Assembly (NCBI GenBank): GCA_051294905.1
Contig: CM119371.1
Coordinates: 3,846,001 to 3,910,000 of the forward strand
Reading direction: 5' to 3'
DNA from: Botryllus schlosseri
Taxonomy: Eukaryota
DNA: 64,000 bases
Under the pieces are notes generated by a model. The model did no database searches. It was given only the letters and a program-made list of their open reading frames with translations, and had not been told where the DNA came from. A program made the position numbers and the translations under genes. The first letter of the stretch is position 1; every line of letters begins with the position of its first letter. Below, in pieces: positions 13,398 to 25,575 of the stretch.

Positions 13398-13673
13398 TCA
13401 AATATGCGAACCATTAACAACCATATACCCTGATTTTCGCTGAATATCCACAACACCAAGAAATCTGTACATTTCTTTTCCCTCGACCTCGACGATAGAG
13501 TTGTCATCCCAATGTACCAATCGAGTGTATGGTTCATCAGGTGTAAAATCCAAATCAAATGTCACCAAGGTATCGTTTTTCATTTTCAATATTTCCACCG
13601 CTGCATCTTGTCTGTGTCGTAAAACCACGGTGTGAGGCCAAAGAAACCGATGGACAGTTACGCGTAGTCCCAT
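13398..13673 (-). CDS. 91-aa hypothetical protein in the inverted-repeat spacer
   Basis: ATG-initiated, intronless, globular-looking composition (VTFDLDFTPDEPYTRLVHWDDNSIVEVEGKEMYRFLGVVDI); no recognised family. Confidence 0.35.
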   Translation of the reverse strand: MGLRVTVHRFLWPHTVVLRHRQDAAVEILKMKNDTLVTFDLDFTPDEPYTRLVHWDDNSIVEVEGKEMYRFLGVVDIQRKSGYMVVNGSHI

Positions 13674-13764
13674 ATTTACTCGTGCATATAGTCAGGTAAC
13701 GACAACGTTTTCTCAGTGGTCTGCGTGGGTGACCCGTTTCAGTACGTAGCTGGATCAACTAGAC

Positions 13765-15629
13765 CAGTGCTTTTCAACCTGTGTGACGGTTCGCACTGGT
13801 GCGAATGAAAAAAATGGCAGTGCGAATGACGAAGGTGGTGCGAATAGTGCGAATGAAAATCCGGATCATGGGCGAATGAAAATCATGAATAATTGTTTAC
13901 TTTTCTGAGGTGGAATAATTCAAATAAACCTAATAGGAAATTTAAGATCAGTAACTCAGTTGCGAAGCAATTGTAAAAACTGAATACGACGCACCACTAA
14001 TCGTAGCTCTCACAATTCCCGCAATATAAATATTACGTAACCAAAAGCCTGGTTTGGAAGCTGGTTTAGTGGCAGTATAGAGATCTCTGCAATCTCTGTA
14101 GTGGCAGACATACAGTATATCAGCGCATCTGAGCCTGCGACAGGCTGGAAAATTGACATCAAATTGACTTTCTGCTTTCTTTCGCTAAACAATCATTATA
14201 TTTTCGTAATAAGTGTTCGATAGCGCGAGGCACGAGGATAGTAGTAAATACCATCATTACAGACTCACATTTGTAAGTTACTGTAACGCAGATATACAGA
14301 GACGTATCGCAGACATATCCATATCGCAGACATATCCAAGATCACTGTGTTGGGTACTGTAGCCAACAAGCGAGACACGCATTAAATATGGCTCCATCAT
14401 AAGAATTTATGATAAGATTTGTCCGACACTGTTTTTTCTGGAAGACATGGCCGAAGCTCGAAGATGAACGTTGGGATGAGCTAGTGTAGAAGTGTGCAGC
14501 GAGCGAGTTCAGGTCTATGAGACTCATTCATTTCGAGGCCAACCCCTTCTGCGTCGGGGCACATGAAGACATAATGTTTTGGCGAACAAACCGCTGATAA
14601 AATGCGGTGCCAAAACATAAGCGGCGAAAAAACTATGGTCTAAAAATTACCGATGCTGGATGGCCAAACCTTTCGAGATGGATTGGATATGCTCCGTCGT
14701 CAGCACGGAATAAATAGTCTGGTTATTGCAATCTGAGTAGACAGCAGTACAACTGCGATACGCAGAGGAATTTAATCCGCCCTAATTTGAAATCGCGTGC
14801 GTCAGACATGTTTTGTGGAGCTGCGTTGGGTAGAATTGTGGTGTGCGGGTTATGTATGTCATACATGCCCGTAAAATCGTACCATACAACTGTAATATTA
14901 AAAATAAATTGCTTTTCATGGGTGAGGCTCGGGTCGCGAGATGCCACAAAAACTCAGATTTTTGTGGTAGTATAAAAGCTGCTTTACCGTTATTAAACTG
15001 TCATTCTTTAGTTCTGTAATTCTCAAGTTAGATTGAGCTAAAGAGTAAAACACACAGTATCGTGAGCTATTTTGCTCTTCTCATAAACTTGCGAGACAGA
15101 AGTTGGAGCAACGTATCATCAGGTAGCGAGCTCTAATGTGCCTACTCTCATTGATCGTTTTGCACCTTATGTTCCAAAGACATAAGGCAAAAGCCTCAAC
15201 ACAAACATGTGGGTTTTCCATCCTTTCGACAAACTAGAGCCTCGTAGAACCTTTGTGTCAGCTCTCAAAACGATTTCTGCCAGCAAGTATTTTTCACTCG
15301 CGAAAAATACGCTGTATTTTGGATAGGATTGCAGAACAGATTTTAAGACCTGGCCATCCAAGCACTAGTAGAAGTTCTTGTACAAATTCTCAACAACATT
15401 GTTTGGCCGAGAAATGAAAGCAAAACGAGCGAAAAAAGTCGCCTTTACATTGAGACACTTGAAAGCTTAAGGTAGATAGTAGCCAATTTGTTGCACATAT
15501 GAACAAAATATTGTTAAGTAGGCCTATCATCATCATCTTTTTGTATAACAATTTTCGATTAGTTGGTGCGAATGAAATTTATTTTACAAAAAAAGTGCGA
15601 ACGGTGCTCAAAAAGGTTGAAAAGCACTG
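13765..15629. mobile_element. Non-autonomous hAT element (Buster/Charlie-type), 1.87 kb
   Basis: TIR CAGTGCTTTTCAACC/GGTTGAAAAGCACTG; perfect TSD AACTAGAC; subterminal GTGCGAATG repeats; diverged copy at 44727-47492. Confidence 0.92.
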
Positions 15630-16590
15630 AACTAGACCAAAAGTTTCCATCCGCGTTTTATAACGACATGTAGAATTACGAGACAGCACCCTCTTGCAGT
15701 GTGATTAACACGAAATCAACCTTTAAGACGAAATAAGCCTCCAACTCGCAGAGACACACCTTGGATTACATTATCTAATCGTAATCGAACTCGAGATTCA
15801 CACACACACAGAGTCCCTGTTTACGATTTCAATCCGGAGTCACTGCTCACGATGTTTATCTGTACTCGGTATGTGGGAGTAGCGACATCTGACATATTCA
15901 TCGCGTGAAAGATTGATAACGATGGTGATCGCCAAATACATTATGCCAGGTGAAACACTGCGGCCTCAGCAAAAAAAGTTCGCAGGTTAGGACGAACAAT
16001 ACGTGGCGGGATTGAGCGAGTTACCCAACCCGATTATGTCGAAGTCTGGATCACGATACAAGTCTACCTGAGAATCCGAACAATCTTGCAAAATCAAGGT
16101 GTGAACCCGTGAAAGGGCTGTACTCGTGTAAGATTGATTTTTCACAAGTTGGGTGGAGGTTGGTTCATACTAAGACCATGTTACGTCCAAATATGGCTGC
16201 TTGCCTGTCTCCAAGTCCTCTATACCCACATTGAATGTACAGAGTCGTCGCATGATGAGACTTGAGAACATGAATTTGTGTCCCATGATGTTTGTACACC
16301 GACACATTGTATGTACACCTGGTTTACGCGAATACTTGTGAACAATCGTGACGTACTTGATGTGATGGTGTATGCATTGGTATTTTTCATGGTGACAAAA
16401 CACGGTCTGTAACATGTTTACTTGAATATTGGTCGTTGGTTCATGTGTGAATATCCGGATCCGGTCCACACACTTTCTCATATTAGTGATCCGGTTTCAG
16501 CTGACTGGAGCGACATGTATTGACCAGTAAAGACACAATATAGTAAACAGACCCGAGGAAACTCACAAGTAACCAGGTGTTGTTAGCGCG

Positions 16591-16839
16591 ATGGGGAACA
16601 TAAATTCATCCGTTTTCCAAACGCCATTATCCATGTATCAACCAGTTACCAAAGTCGATGAGGTGTTTTATTCAGACATTTTGACTCTGGAAAATCCAAA
16701 GCACGAACCCGGACAATACAGACATATCGGAAACCGCTTTATTCGCCAATTCCGAAAACATACATGTCGATGTACAACAGCACATTGTTATTGCATGCGA
16801 GTACCCAATGATTTTGTTGGGATGAATCAGAACAAGTGA
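16591..16839 (+). CDS. 82-aa hypothetical protein (right-arm copy of 12721-12969)
   Basis: Identical translation, MGNINSS...CRCTTAHCYC. Confidence 0.35.
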   Translation: MGNINSSVFQTPLSMYQPVTKVDEVFYSDILTLENPKHEPGQYRHIGNRFIRQFRKHTCRCTTAHCYCMRVPNDFVGMNQNK

Positions 16840-16959
16840 ATATTTGATTAAACAAATGTATCGGAGTTGTTGTTGGTGTATATTTTGTCGCTATCCGTTG
16901 TAATCTATTTCAAATTATCGTCAATACAACAAATACCAAATTGTCAGGTGTGTTTGTCA

Positions 16960-17459
16960 GATTTCAAAATGAAAATGGTTTTGTTACTCTAGGAAAAGCT
17001 AGATGACCAAGAGAAAATGTATTGTTACACTGGGTAAACGCCGGATCTCCAAAGGAAAATGATATTTTTACACAGGTAAACGACGACCCGCCAAGTGAAA
17101 ATGGTTTGTTGCACAGGGAAAATGGTTTGTTGCTCAGGGAAAAAATATATTTCCAAGTGAAAAAGGTTTGTTACCCAGAGAAAAAATATATTTCCAAGTG
17201 AAAAAGGTTTGTTACCCAGGGAAAAATATATTTCCAAGTAAAAAAGGTTTGTTATCCGGGGCAAAAATAGATTTCCAAGTGAAAAAGGTTTGTTATCCAG
17301 GGCAAAAATAGATTTCCAAAAGAAAAGGGTTTTGTTACACTGGGTAAAAATATATTTCCAAGTGAAAAAGGGGTTTGTTACACTAGGTAAACGATAAATC
17401 TCCAAAGGAAAATGATATTTTTACTCAGGTAAACGACGACCCGCCAAGTGAAAATGGTA
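16960..17459. repeat. Mirror copy of the 41-bp palindromic tandem array
   Basis: Reverse complement of 12101-12600. Confidence 0.92.
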
Positions 17460-20400
17460 ATTTTACTTGGGTAGGTATCGTATGTTTAGTGTCGTTGGTG
17501 TTGTTAAACGTAGCTGTCGAGTTGTACAATATACTTGTCGTGAGTCTACAATTACGAAAGGAGAGAATGAAATTGCTATTATGAGTGCCAGAAGGTTGTT
17601 GTATGTAGATTTGACAGTAACCCTATCATTCGCATATGACAAACACAATCATGGCCATTAACTAACTTGCTCGGTCTCGATCAATGCAAAAGAGATGATT
17701 AGTTTTTTGAAACCGTAGCGAAGACCACATGTAAATCTATGCGATAGACTTCTATCTCCTTACATTCAGTCGCGTCGTGTCCATTTTAATACGGATCCCA
17801 CATATATGACATGCACACACTAACGCCGTAAACAGAAGTCGATGATTTTGATTAATAAAAATATTTCTTGACTACATCGGAATGTCTATATGTAGAAAGT
17901 AAATACTTTTATGGTGTTGTGTGTTTAATGAAAGCGATTGGTTACAAGTATGTTTTGGCGGAATAAAATTTATTTTTCTGTATGTGACAGTTTGTGAGGA
18001 AATGAAAATAGATTCGTGGTTTTAATTGAATTGTGACTGTGTTGTTTTAATGTACGTTTCAACAGGTAGACTTGACACTGAACAACAATTCGACACACAA
18101 AACATATTCGTTGTATGATTTGTCACAGGTGCTCAAAGGGTTAGGAATATTTTTGTATGATAATATCTTCTAGCTGTTTTGTTGTGAGGGCAATCATGTG
18201 ACGACTCAGCACTTTTCGTTAGCAAAGTAGATTGATCTATGTGAAAGATGGAAGGACCGAGACTAGAAAACATATGTACTTTCTTGTTGGCGTAGCTGAT
18301 TTACTGCTATGGTATTGACATAACCCTCTGGAAGTGAGTATGCTTTTCTTTCACGAAAGTTTACGTGGTTCCGTTGTAATAAATTTGTGTTAACTAAACT
18401 CGGATGGATACCGCAATTGTGCTGGACTTGCACATGGTATTCGCATCCTGTCCACATATAAACTTTTGTGTAAACAACTCTGGTGTTTCTGTTCGTACTG
18501 GTTCTGTGTTGAACTATTTGATTATTAAGATACATGAACATCCATTCAGACAATAAAGGTCTTGAGGTATCGAAACAGTTTTGAAAGCGTCACCAATCAT
18601 TGTACAGGTTCGTAGCATGGGAATGTCGAGTATTTTCGTCTACCATGAATATATTTCATCTACTTTTGGTAAGAAATGAGTTGCGTGGGGTAATCATACA
18701 TAACCTACAAAAGTTAAACTTGTAGCGTTTGATTGTCTACTTTTTATCAATGCCTTTGTGATGTTAAAAGACGGCTGAGTTTGCATTTACATTAGGCGGA
18801 GAAACTCAAGTAATAAATTTTACTCGTTTGAAAATATCGATCAATGGAGTAACAGTATCAATATGAGTGGTATATTATTTTTCGCGATATGCAACCAATC
18901 TTCTAAGCATAACTTGTCCAAAATTTATCATGTCGTTGCCGATTGTTATGAATTCGAAAGAAATGTACTTCGATTATCACGATGATGGAAATTACGATCA
19001 ACGCAGTATTTCGAAGTGGTATGTTCCCCAATCACTAAATGTCGGTTAGTTAAACGACACATTTACAAGTTTACCGAAATCTTGATTTACAAATAACAGC
19101 TTGATGATGTAAAGCTCAACCACGCAAATGTGTTCATTGCGAAGTATTTGACACAAACAAAATATCGAGTGGAGACCATCACATTGGTTTCATTTCGAGT
19201 GAGTGAAAATTGTTTTATGTTGACCAGGTAGGATACATTTGACAAACATCGTACACATTGTTTCTTCGTGATGGTAACGACTTTCAGCGGCTTGGTTTCA
19301 TGTCGGGAATTATTATTTGAGGGTTCAAGAACGATTTCAATCAATACTAGAAATGAACAACAATGCAAAACACGTTTAGCAAATAACAGTGCAGCAAGTA
19401 CTTTTTCGATATTACGAGTGTTGGGCACTAGACACTTCTAGTTGAATTCGATGCATCTAACAAACATGTCACAATTTACTTTTGTAATGATCAAAGTGCG
19501 TGAAATGGTTCGAACGGATTAAGCATTAATCAGGCGGCGGTATGACAATTCACCTAGTGCGATATCTTGACACCGAGTAATGCACGAAAGTGTTTCATTT
19601 CTCACCGCAGATTACGATGATCAAGCATTGTACCGGTTATTGTTCAACAAAGGAAATTGTTGTTTCATCTTTAGTCTTGGTTACTGGAGACAATTACATT
19701 TGTAAAATATTTCCTGATATCCACAATACGCTGTGTGGTTTTTACGAACACGGCTTAATCTTCCCAATCAAAACATTTCAGATATGTTAATCTAGTTTCA
19801 CAAATCGATATGTTAATAACAATGTTTCTGAAAAGTTTGTTGGTGTCGTGATAACCTTCTACACAACCCTGATCTAATAATGTCATAATTTAATAACCAA
19901 GTCATGATCGACTATTACAAAATCTCATATGTCAAAATCAATGTGTCAATTCGTGAAAATTTTCAATATAACACCCGCGTTTGATCGTAAGAATTCTCAA
20001 CTACGTGTTCGGACATTCAAATTTCGTATACTCAAATGTAATATGTTAATCTCAAACCACACACCGAGTAGTATTTACTTTGGTTTATAAAATTTACCGA
20101 GTAGTAATTACTTTATCTTACAGCATATTAACGACTTTTACAGTTGAACAAAGATGATTTGGTGGTATATGACTACAACCGAACTTGTTATGGATTTTAG
20201 ATTGTAGCGATTGTATGTACTCGCGTAATCTTGTCTTCTTCTTTCTGTATGGTTGGTTGGCCGAGTTACAAACGGATTTACTTGACAAGGTTTTCATGAT
20301 TTACTCTTTTGAGTATGGTAAGATGTTAAAATTTCGAGGTGTAATACTATTTCCATTAACTCAATTGTGACAAAAAAAAATACCCAGATAAGTTGCTCAA

Positions 20401-21439
20401 GGCTTCTTTTGTTTCAAATCAACATGTGAATAATCAGTTATTGTGACAAGTTGAAATGTCGTACCGAAGTTGTGAGTGGGAACAGTACGCGATTGTGTAA
20501 GTGTGAGGACAGCGAGATGGTGATCGTGTGAATAAATTAATCTGAAACGCATTGGAGTGAAAGTTTATCCAGTCTGTCTGGTAATCCTACTTCAAATCGT
20601 GATATGACAAAGTAGCTTGAAATATTCCGATTCAACTCATCGCATCGCAACTCGATCGTGGTATGCACAAGTGGTTGTCAAGTAAGAAATATTTACAACA
20701 GGTGCTATTTCATTGATTGACTTGATTGTGTGTAGTAACACATTAAAATATAGCGATAGTAATTACTGAAACTCTATTTGACAAACGGAAAACTGTGAAT
20801 AGCGTTGTAAGGTTTCAAGGATTGTTTCAAAGTGTAATCTCTAACTATGGTTGGGTTGAAAGTTGGTAGTAATGTTTGTCAATCTATTTCAATTCACACT
20901 ATGTCAAGTCCAAATATTTCATTCTGGATTATCTGGATTTACCTTTAGTACATCCCGCGAATGGATTCCGACGCCGTACTATAACATTTTTTGATAATAA
21001 GGATTCAAGGATTTTCATGATAGAGTTGACAAGTGATAAGATGCGTGTTTTTGGTAAGAGTTTGATTTCAAGTTGGTAAAGACAATAACTGTATGATGCA
21101 CGTACTTGTGATTCTTGATTCTTGTAGAGTTATAGTTGGTATTGATTCTATAGGTGTGAAAACAGCGGCGCGGAATGTGCGAATAATTCAATGTGGCTGA
21201 AAGTCGGCGTCAGTAATGGTCGAATCAAAAGATCACGAAAAGATTTCTCAAAATAATTAGAATTGTACCGAATCAACACATTCGGATACGAATCAACTTG
21301 AGCTGTGTAGTAAGTTTCATTTCGAGTTGGCAAATTGACACATTACTTGAATATTCTCATAATTCTTATCGCGCAACTAAAGTCAGCCACGTTCCGAACT
21401 GTCAAAACATATAGCGACCACCAGAAAGTGTCAAATTGT

Positions 21440-22225
21440 TGGTTTTCGAATCACCGTCTGCGACGGTTCTGGGACAAACTAATTACCGAAATATTACCTT
21501 GTGAGCGGACATGAGGGATTGCTATGTCTGAAGCATTATCCGGTGAGTGGTCGTTGGATTTTAAAATTATATCACACCCTTTTGAATAAGCGTTCACTTC
21601 ACAGAGGATTAGGGTTAGAGCGGAAATAAGTGACAATTTGTCGCAATTCAAGTTACCGACACTGGCGGTCTGTTATTCGTTACTTGTTAAATCTTACCAG
21701 CGAAATCAAGTTCTGTGACAAACTGATTACTAAAATTTCACCGCGTGAGCGATCGGTATGGTTATGACACCAAGTCGTGAAAGATGGTTATGTCCGGGAC
21801 ATTATCTTGTCAGTGATCGCGGGGTTTTGCAAATATTTCACACCTTTTTGAATAAGCGTTAACTTCACAAAGGATTACGGCTAGAATAGAAATAAGTGAC
21901 AATTTGTTGGTATTCAAGTCTCGCCGGTGGTGTATCTGTTATTCGACACTTATTACACTTATCATGAAATTAGAGTGAGAACATAAAGCATCAAGTTGTT
22001 GTTTTCGAATTTTGATGTCGAGGTGATAAATTTACGCATTCAATTACAATTCAACTTTGGTTGTGTATTGAGTGATAGATCGATATGCCGGAAGTGGTAT
22101 CTTGTGAGTGATCGTAGGATTTTACAAATATTTCACATCTTTTTGAAGTGTTAGTTTGCGAACGCGACTATTGTTGATATTCGAATCGCCGTCTACGCCG
22201 GCTCTGTGACAAACTAAATACCTGA
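21440..22225 (+). repeat. Diverged direct repeats, ~250-290 bp period
   Basis: TCACACC(C/T)TTTTGAATAAGCGTT-like motif near 21570, 21835 and 22130; GACAAACT at ~21473, 21717 and 22208; GAAATAAGTGACAATTTGT twice. Confidence 0.75.
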
Positions 22226-22679
22226 AAGCAGAGATGGAAGCGGGCCGGGTGAGCCAGACCCGAACCCGGCCCAAACCCGACAAGTTCAGCCCGAACCCGG
22301 CCCGAACCCGACGGTTGGGTTTTGAGCCCGTTTCGGCCCGAAACCAAGTTCAAATAGCAATTTTCAACTGTTGCGAGCAAATAAGCTGATATACGATTCA
22401 AATTTCGTGCTTTTCAACGCTTTCAATGCTCTCACTTTGTTTTCTTTCGATAGCAATCTTGCAAATGGCAAGAGAGCTTAATATATTTGAATAAGAATAC
22501 GCTGAAAACAGCTCCACTGTTAACTTAGTTCCACCAAACCTTTTGCAAAATGTGAACTGTATTAAATGGTTCAATACCAAACTAAATTAAAGAAATAAAG
22601 GAATGAAATTGGCCAAGATGAGAAAAAATAGTGTGTTCAAAATACAAGTCAACTGTCATCCATACAAAGGGCGTTGCAT

Positions 22680-22890
22680 TCACACGTTATACGAAGAATT
22701 GATTATTTCAATAGCCTCAACAGTTACTGGAGACAGTCGGGTTCGTCTATGCGACAAGGTCAGACCGCACGATGAAAAATCTCTTTCGGATCGCGCACTT
22801 GAGCACTGGGCTGCAAACATCTTTCTAGCCACCCTGAAGAGCGTTGGAAAGTCCCGTTCATGGTTTCTCCAGAAGTTTCGTATATAGACC
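22680..22890 (-). pseudogene. hAT transposase C-terminal dimerisation-domain remnant
   Basis: Minus-strand translation FWRNHERDFPTLFRVARKMFAAQCSSARSERDFSSCGLTLSHRRTRLSPVTVE fits the hATC pattern W..FP.L..A...SS..SER.FS..G....R..L. Confidence 0.88.
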
Positions 22891-23247
22891 TAAAGTCCTA
22901 AAGCAATTCACCATGGACGACAAAATCACTATGGCGCATCTAAAAGCTTTCTTTAATAAATATTAACACCGCCGTAACACATCTATCGATCAATCCTGCT
23001 GTGCCACAACGGAAGCCGTCGTCTCATCACCTGCTTCTAGCTGTTCAGTTCAGCATGCCTCATCGAAATTAAAACTAAATTGGTAGTAATCCAGGCTCCA
23101 GCATGGTAATCCATCCATCCGTTATTCATGTTTTCGTCACAATGTGGCCTGAACAATGATCAATGTCTGGCGTATTAGGGACACTTGTTTACTATTTAGC
23201 TGACATTGTTTCATTATTCAATCATAGTCTTCGGGCCGTCTTATAAT

Positions 23248-24220
23248 CAGTGTTGGGATCAAGTCACTACCTTCGAGTCACGAGTCATTTCGAGTCATTG
23301 CGCATTTTGACTCGAGTCAAGTCAAGTCAATCGATTTTCGAAGGTGACTCGAGTCAAGTCAAGTCACTCGATTTTTGGAGGTGACTCGAGTCAAGTCGAG
23401 TCAAGTCAAGTCAAGTCACGAGTCAAGTCACAATTCAAGTCAAGTTGCCTTTTCCAAGTATATAAGCATGATTACGTCATTGCATTTTGCTAGCTGTCTG
23501 AAATACAGGTTGAGTGGACATTGATTTTCTACCGATGATGAACTAATATAGAGTTAAAGGCGTTGTATCGCTCACATATAGGCTACGTAGAACTACTAAA
23601 CTACGTAAGTAATTGCATACCCTCAGTTTATAGTCACCTTCCAAAATAGAGAATAGAGAAACGAATTGATAGGATGCAATAAATTACCTATTTACAAATT
23701 GATATGATACAATTCGAGCCTGCGCCAATTGGTGGGGACTATATGTAAACTATATTCGAATTCAATTTCAATAAAACAAGAGGTTGGTTAAGGTAAGAAC
23801 AGAGAAGTGAAATACACATTTTTCTATCAAATTACTTTACTATGCTAGTTTACAGCAAAGTAAGCTGTAAGCTTCGACTTCGTTTGCGGTCAATATATTT
23901 GTGAGAGTGAGAAAACAATGGAGGCTCAGTAAAGCGCACGATCATTGAATGATTGGTCGCTCTCGCGGGTTACAGCAGCGTTTCGTGAACAATTCGACAT
24001 ACGTGAGATACAGTGATTTTTATCGAGACCGATTACTTGATGACTTGAAATTGACTCGTGAATTTTGCTCCGAGTCACGAGTCAATCCACATTTTTGATG
24101 CGCCGAGTCAAGTCAAGTCAAGTCATTTTAGCAAAGTGACTCGAGTCAAGTCAAGTCATACGAAAAAGGTGACTCGAGTCTGACTCGAGTCAAGTCATGA
24201 CTCGAGTCATCCCAACACTG
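23248..24220. mobile_element. hAT MITE with GAGTCAAGTC subterminal repeats (nested)
   Basis: TIR CAGTGTTGGGAT/ATCCCAACACTG; TSD CTTATAAT/CTTGTAAT. Confidence 0.88.
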
Positions 24221-24276
24221 CTTGTAATGAAGTTTATCTGGGTTCGTACTTCGTATAAAGTTTATTCACAGATATT

Positions 24277-24527
24277 GTAATGGTTATGCGTCCGGCTTCT
24301 CGAGCGGTAGGTCGTGGGTTCGATCCCCGGCCGGGTCATACCAAAGACTTGAAAATTGGTATCCGCAGCTATCCCGCTAGGCGCTCAGCAATCACGGATA
24401 GCATGGAGGAGAAAAAAAACGGGGGCGCAGACTAGATGACCTCATGGGGCCGTATCGCAACTCCGTCGTCAAAGCATCTCGATGGTGCAGGCGAAAAAGA
24501 ATATCATATCTCTCTCTCTCTCTCTCT
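24277..24527 (+). mobile_element. tRNA-derived SINE, probably with a Meta/MESC-type core (nested)
   Basis: A-box remnant TAATGGTTA; B box GGTTCGATCCC; core GGTCATACCAAAGACTTGAAAATTGGTA...GGCGCTCAGCA; (TC)n tail. Confidence 0.8.
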
Positions 24528-24556
24528 ATTGCCATACTTACGTGATACGGTATTGG

Positions 24557-25010
24557 CAGTGATGGCCCTACGAACGGGGGGGCCTGGGCGAGACTTACCG
24601 GGGGGCCCCCTATAAGTATCTATCCGTAACTTCTGGTATCTATCCCCAGACCCCCCTCACGCATCGGTTATTATTATCTATCTTTCACCACCGCAGAAGG
24701 TTTGCCCAAGTCCTGGATTCGGCCATGTCTGTTTTGCATGTGTGCAAGGATATAGACTACATCAAAACTAAGTAATTCTACCTCATGCAGAGACGTGATG
24801 ATTATCGGGATACGGGACTTTTCTAACAAATGCAGTGATTTGATGATGATTGACACATTTGTACGGAATCATATTCTTGCTTGGTACGCGGATTTCCATG
24901 TTTATTTGTCATTCTCCTTGAAAAAAGCGCCAAATCCAAATAGGGGGGCCCCTTCGACCGAGGGGGGCCCAGGCGACCGCCCACCTCGCCCACCCCAAAA
25001 GCCACCACTG
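24557..25010. mobile_element. hAT MITE (nested)
   Basis: TIR CAGTGATGGC/GCCACCACTG; perfect TSD GGTATTGG. Confidence 0.85.
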
Positions 25011-25344
25011 GGTATTGGTGTATCTTATATGTAGTTGTGCCACTTTCGAACAAAATTGCAAATCAAATTTGTATATGAGGTCAATGCTTTTCGTAGTGAC
25101 TATTCGGCCCGATTCAATCCCGATAATTTTTATAACTTTGGGCCCGAACCCGGCCCGAACCCGGCCCAAACCCGGCCCGAACCCGAAAAGCCCGGCCCGA
25201 CTTCCATCTCTGCCTGAAAGTACGACTTTTCACCGCAACCATAAGCCACCACACGAGAGATGTCTATACCCGAAAGTACGACATACCAACAACGAAGCCG
25301 CGTGCGACCGCTGTCTATGCTGAAAAGGGTTACCGTGCGACCAC

Positions 25345-25575
25345 AAGACACAATAGCCGCTCGCCACCCCCACCATAAGACATAAAAGCCGCTTGCCACC
25401 CCCGGTTTTCCAGCCGCTCGCCACCCCGCCTATAAGAAATAAGAGCCGCTCGCCACCCCCGCCATAAGACGCAATAGCCGCTCGCCACCCCCGCCATAAG
25501 AAATAAGAGCCGCTCGCCACCCCCGGTTTTCCAGCCGCTCGCCACCCCGCCCATAAGAGCCCCAGGCACCCCCAG
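25345..25575. repeat. GC-rich tandem array, 7 cores of AGCCGCTCGCCACCCC
   Basis: Cores at 25355, 25387, 25412, 25444, 25476, 25508 and 25533 (spacing 32/25/32/32/32/25; 121-bp higher-order period). Confidence 0.92.

Larger units (their letters stand above)
16211..19816. repeat. Right arm of the ~3.6-kb inverted repeat
   Basis: Mirror of 9743-13349 with only scattered substitutions, mostly in the outer half. Confidence 0.97.
22229..25212 (-). mobile_element. hAT (Ac/hobo-type) deletion derivative carrying three nested insertions
   Basis: TIR CAGAGATGGAAG/CTTCCATCTCTG; perfect TSD CCTGAAAG; subterminal CCCGAACCCGG repeats. Confidence 0.92.

Noticed and set aside
15852..16412. 187-codon + frame from ATG to TAA interrupted only by four TGAs, suggesting a TGA=Trp code or a NUMT
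   Set aside because: Other island frames are broken by TAA and TAG, the product resembles no mitochondrial protein, the frame crosses the inverted-repeat junction, and part of it is the antisense register of another ORF. Chance is plausible.
16860..16992. TM plus RING-H2-like start (CQVCLSDF) in the arm; also a TGF-beta-like KIDFSQVGW near 16130
   Set aside because: The remaining ligands or cysteines are missing and the frames close quickly; the matches are too short to call.
9743..19816. Arms as TIRs of a Polinton or foldback transposon
   Set aside because: There is no TSD or (AG)n-type terminus at the outer ends, similar sequence continues on both sides, and no PolB or integrase lies between the arms.
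24277..24340. tRNA gene
   Set aside because: The 5' end is truncated and the sequence runs into a SINE core and (TC)n tail, so it is a SINE head.
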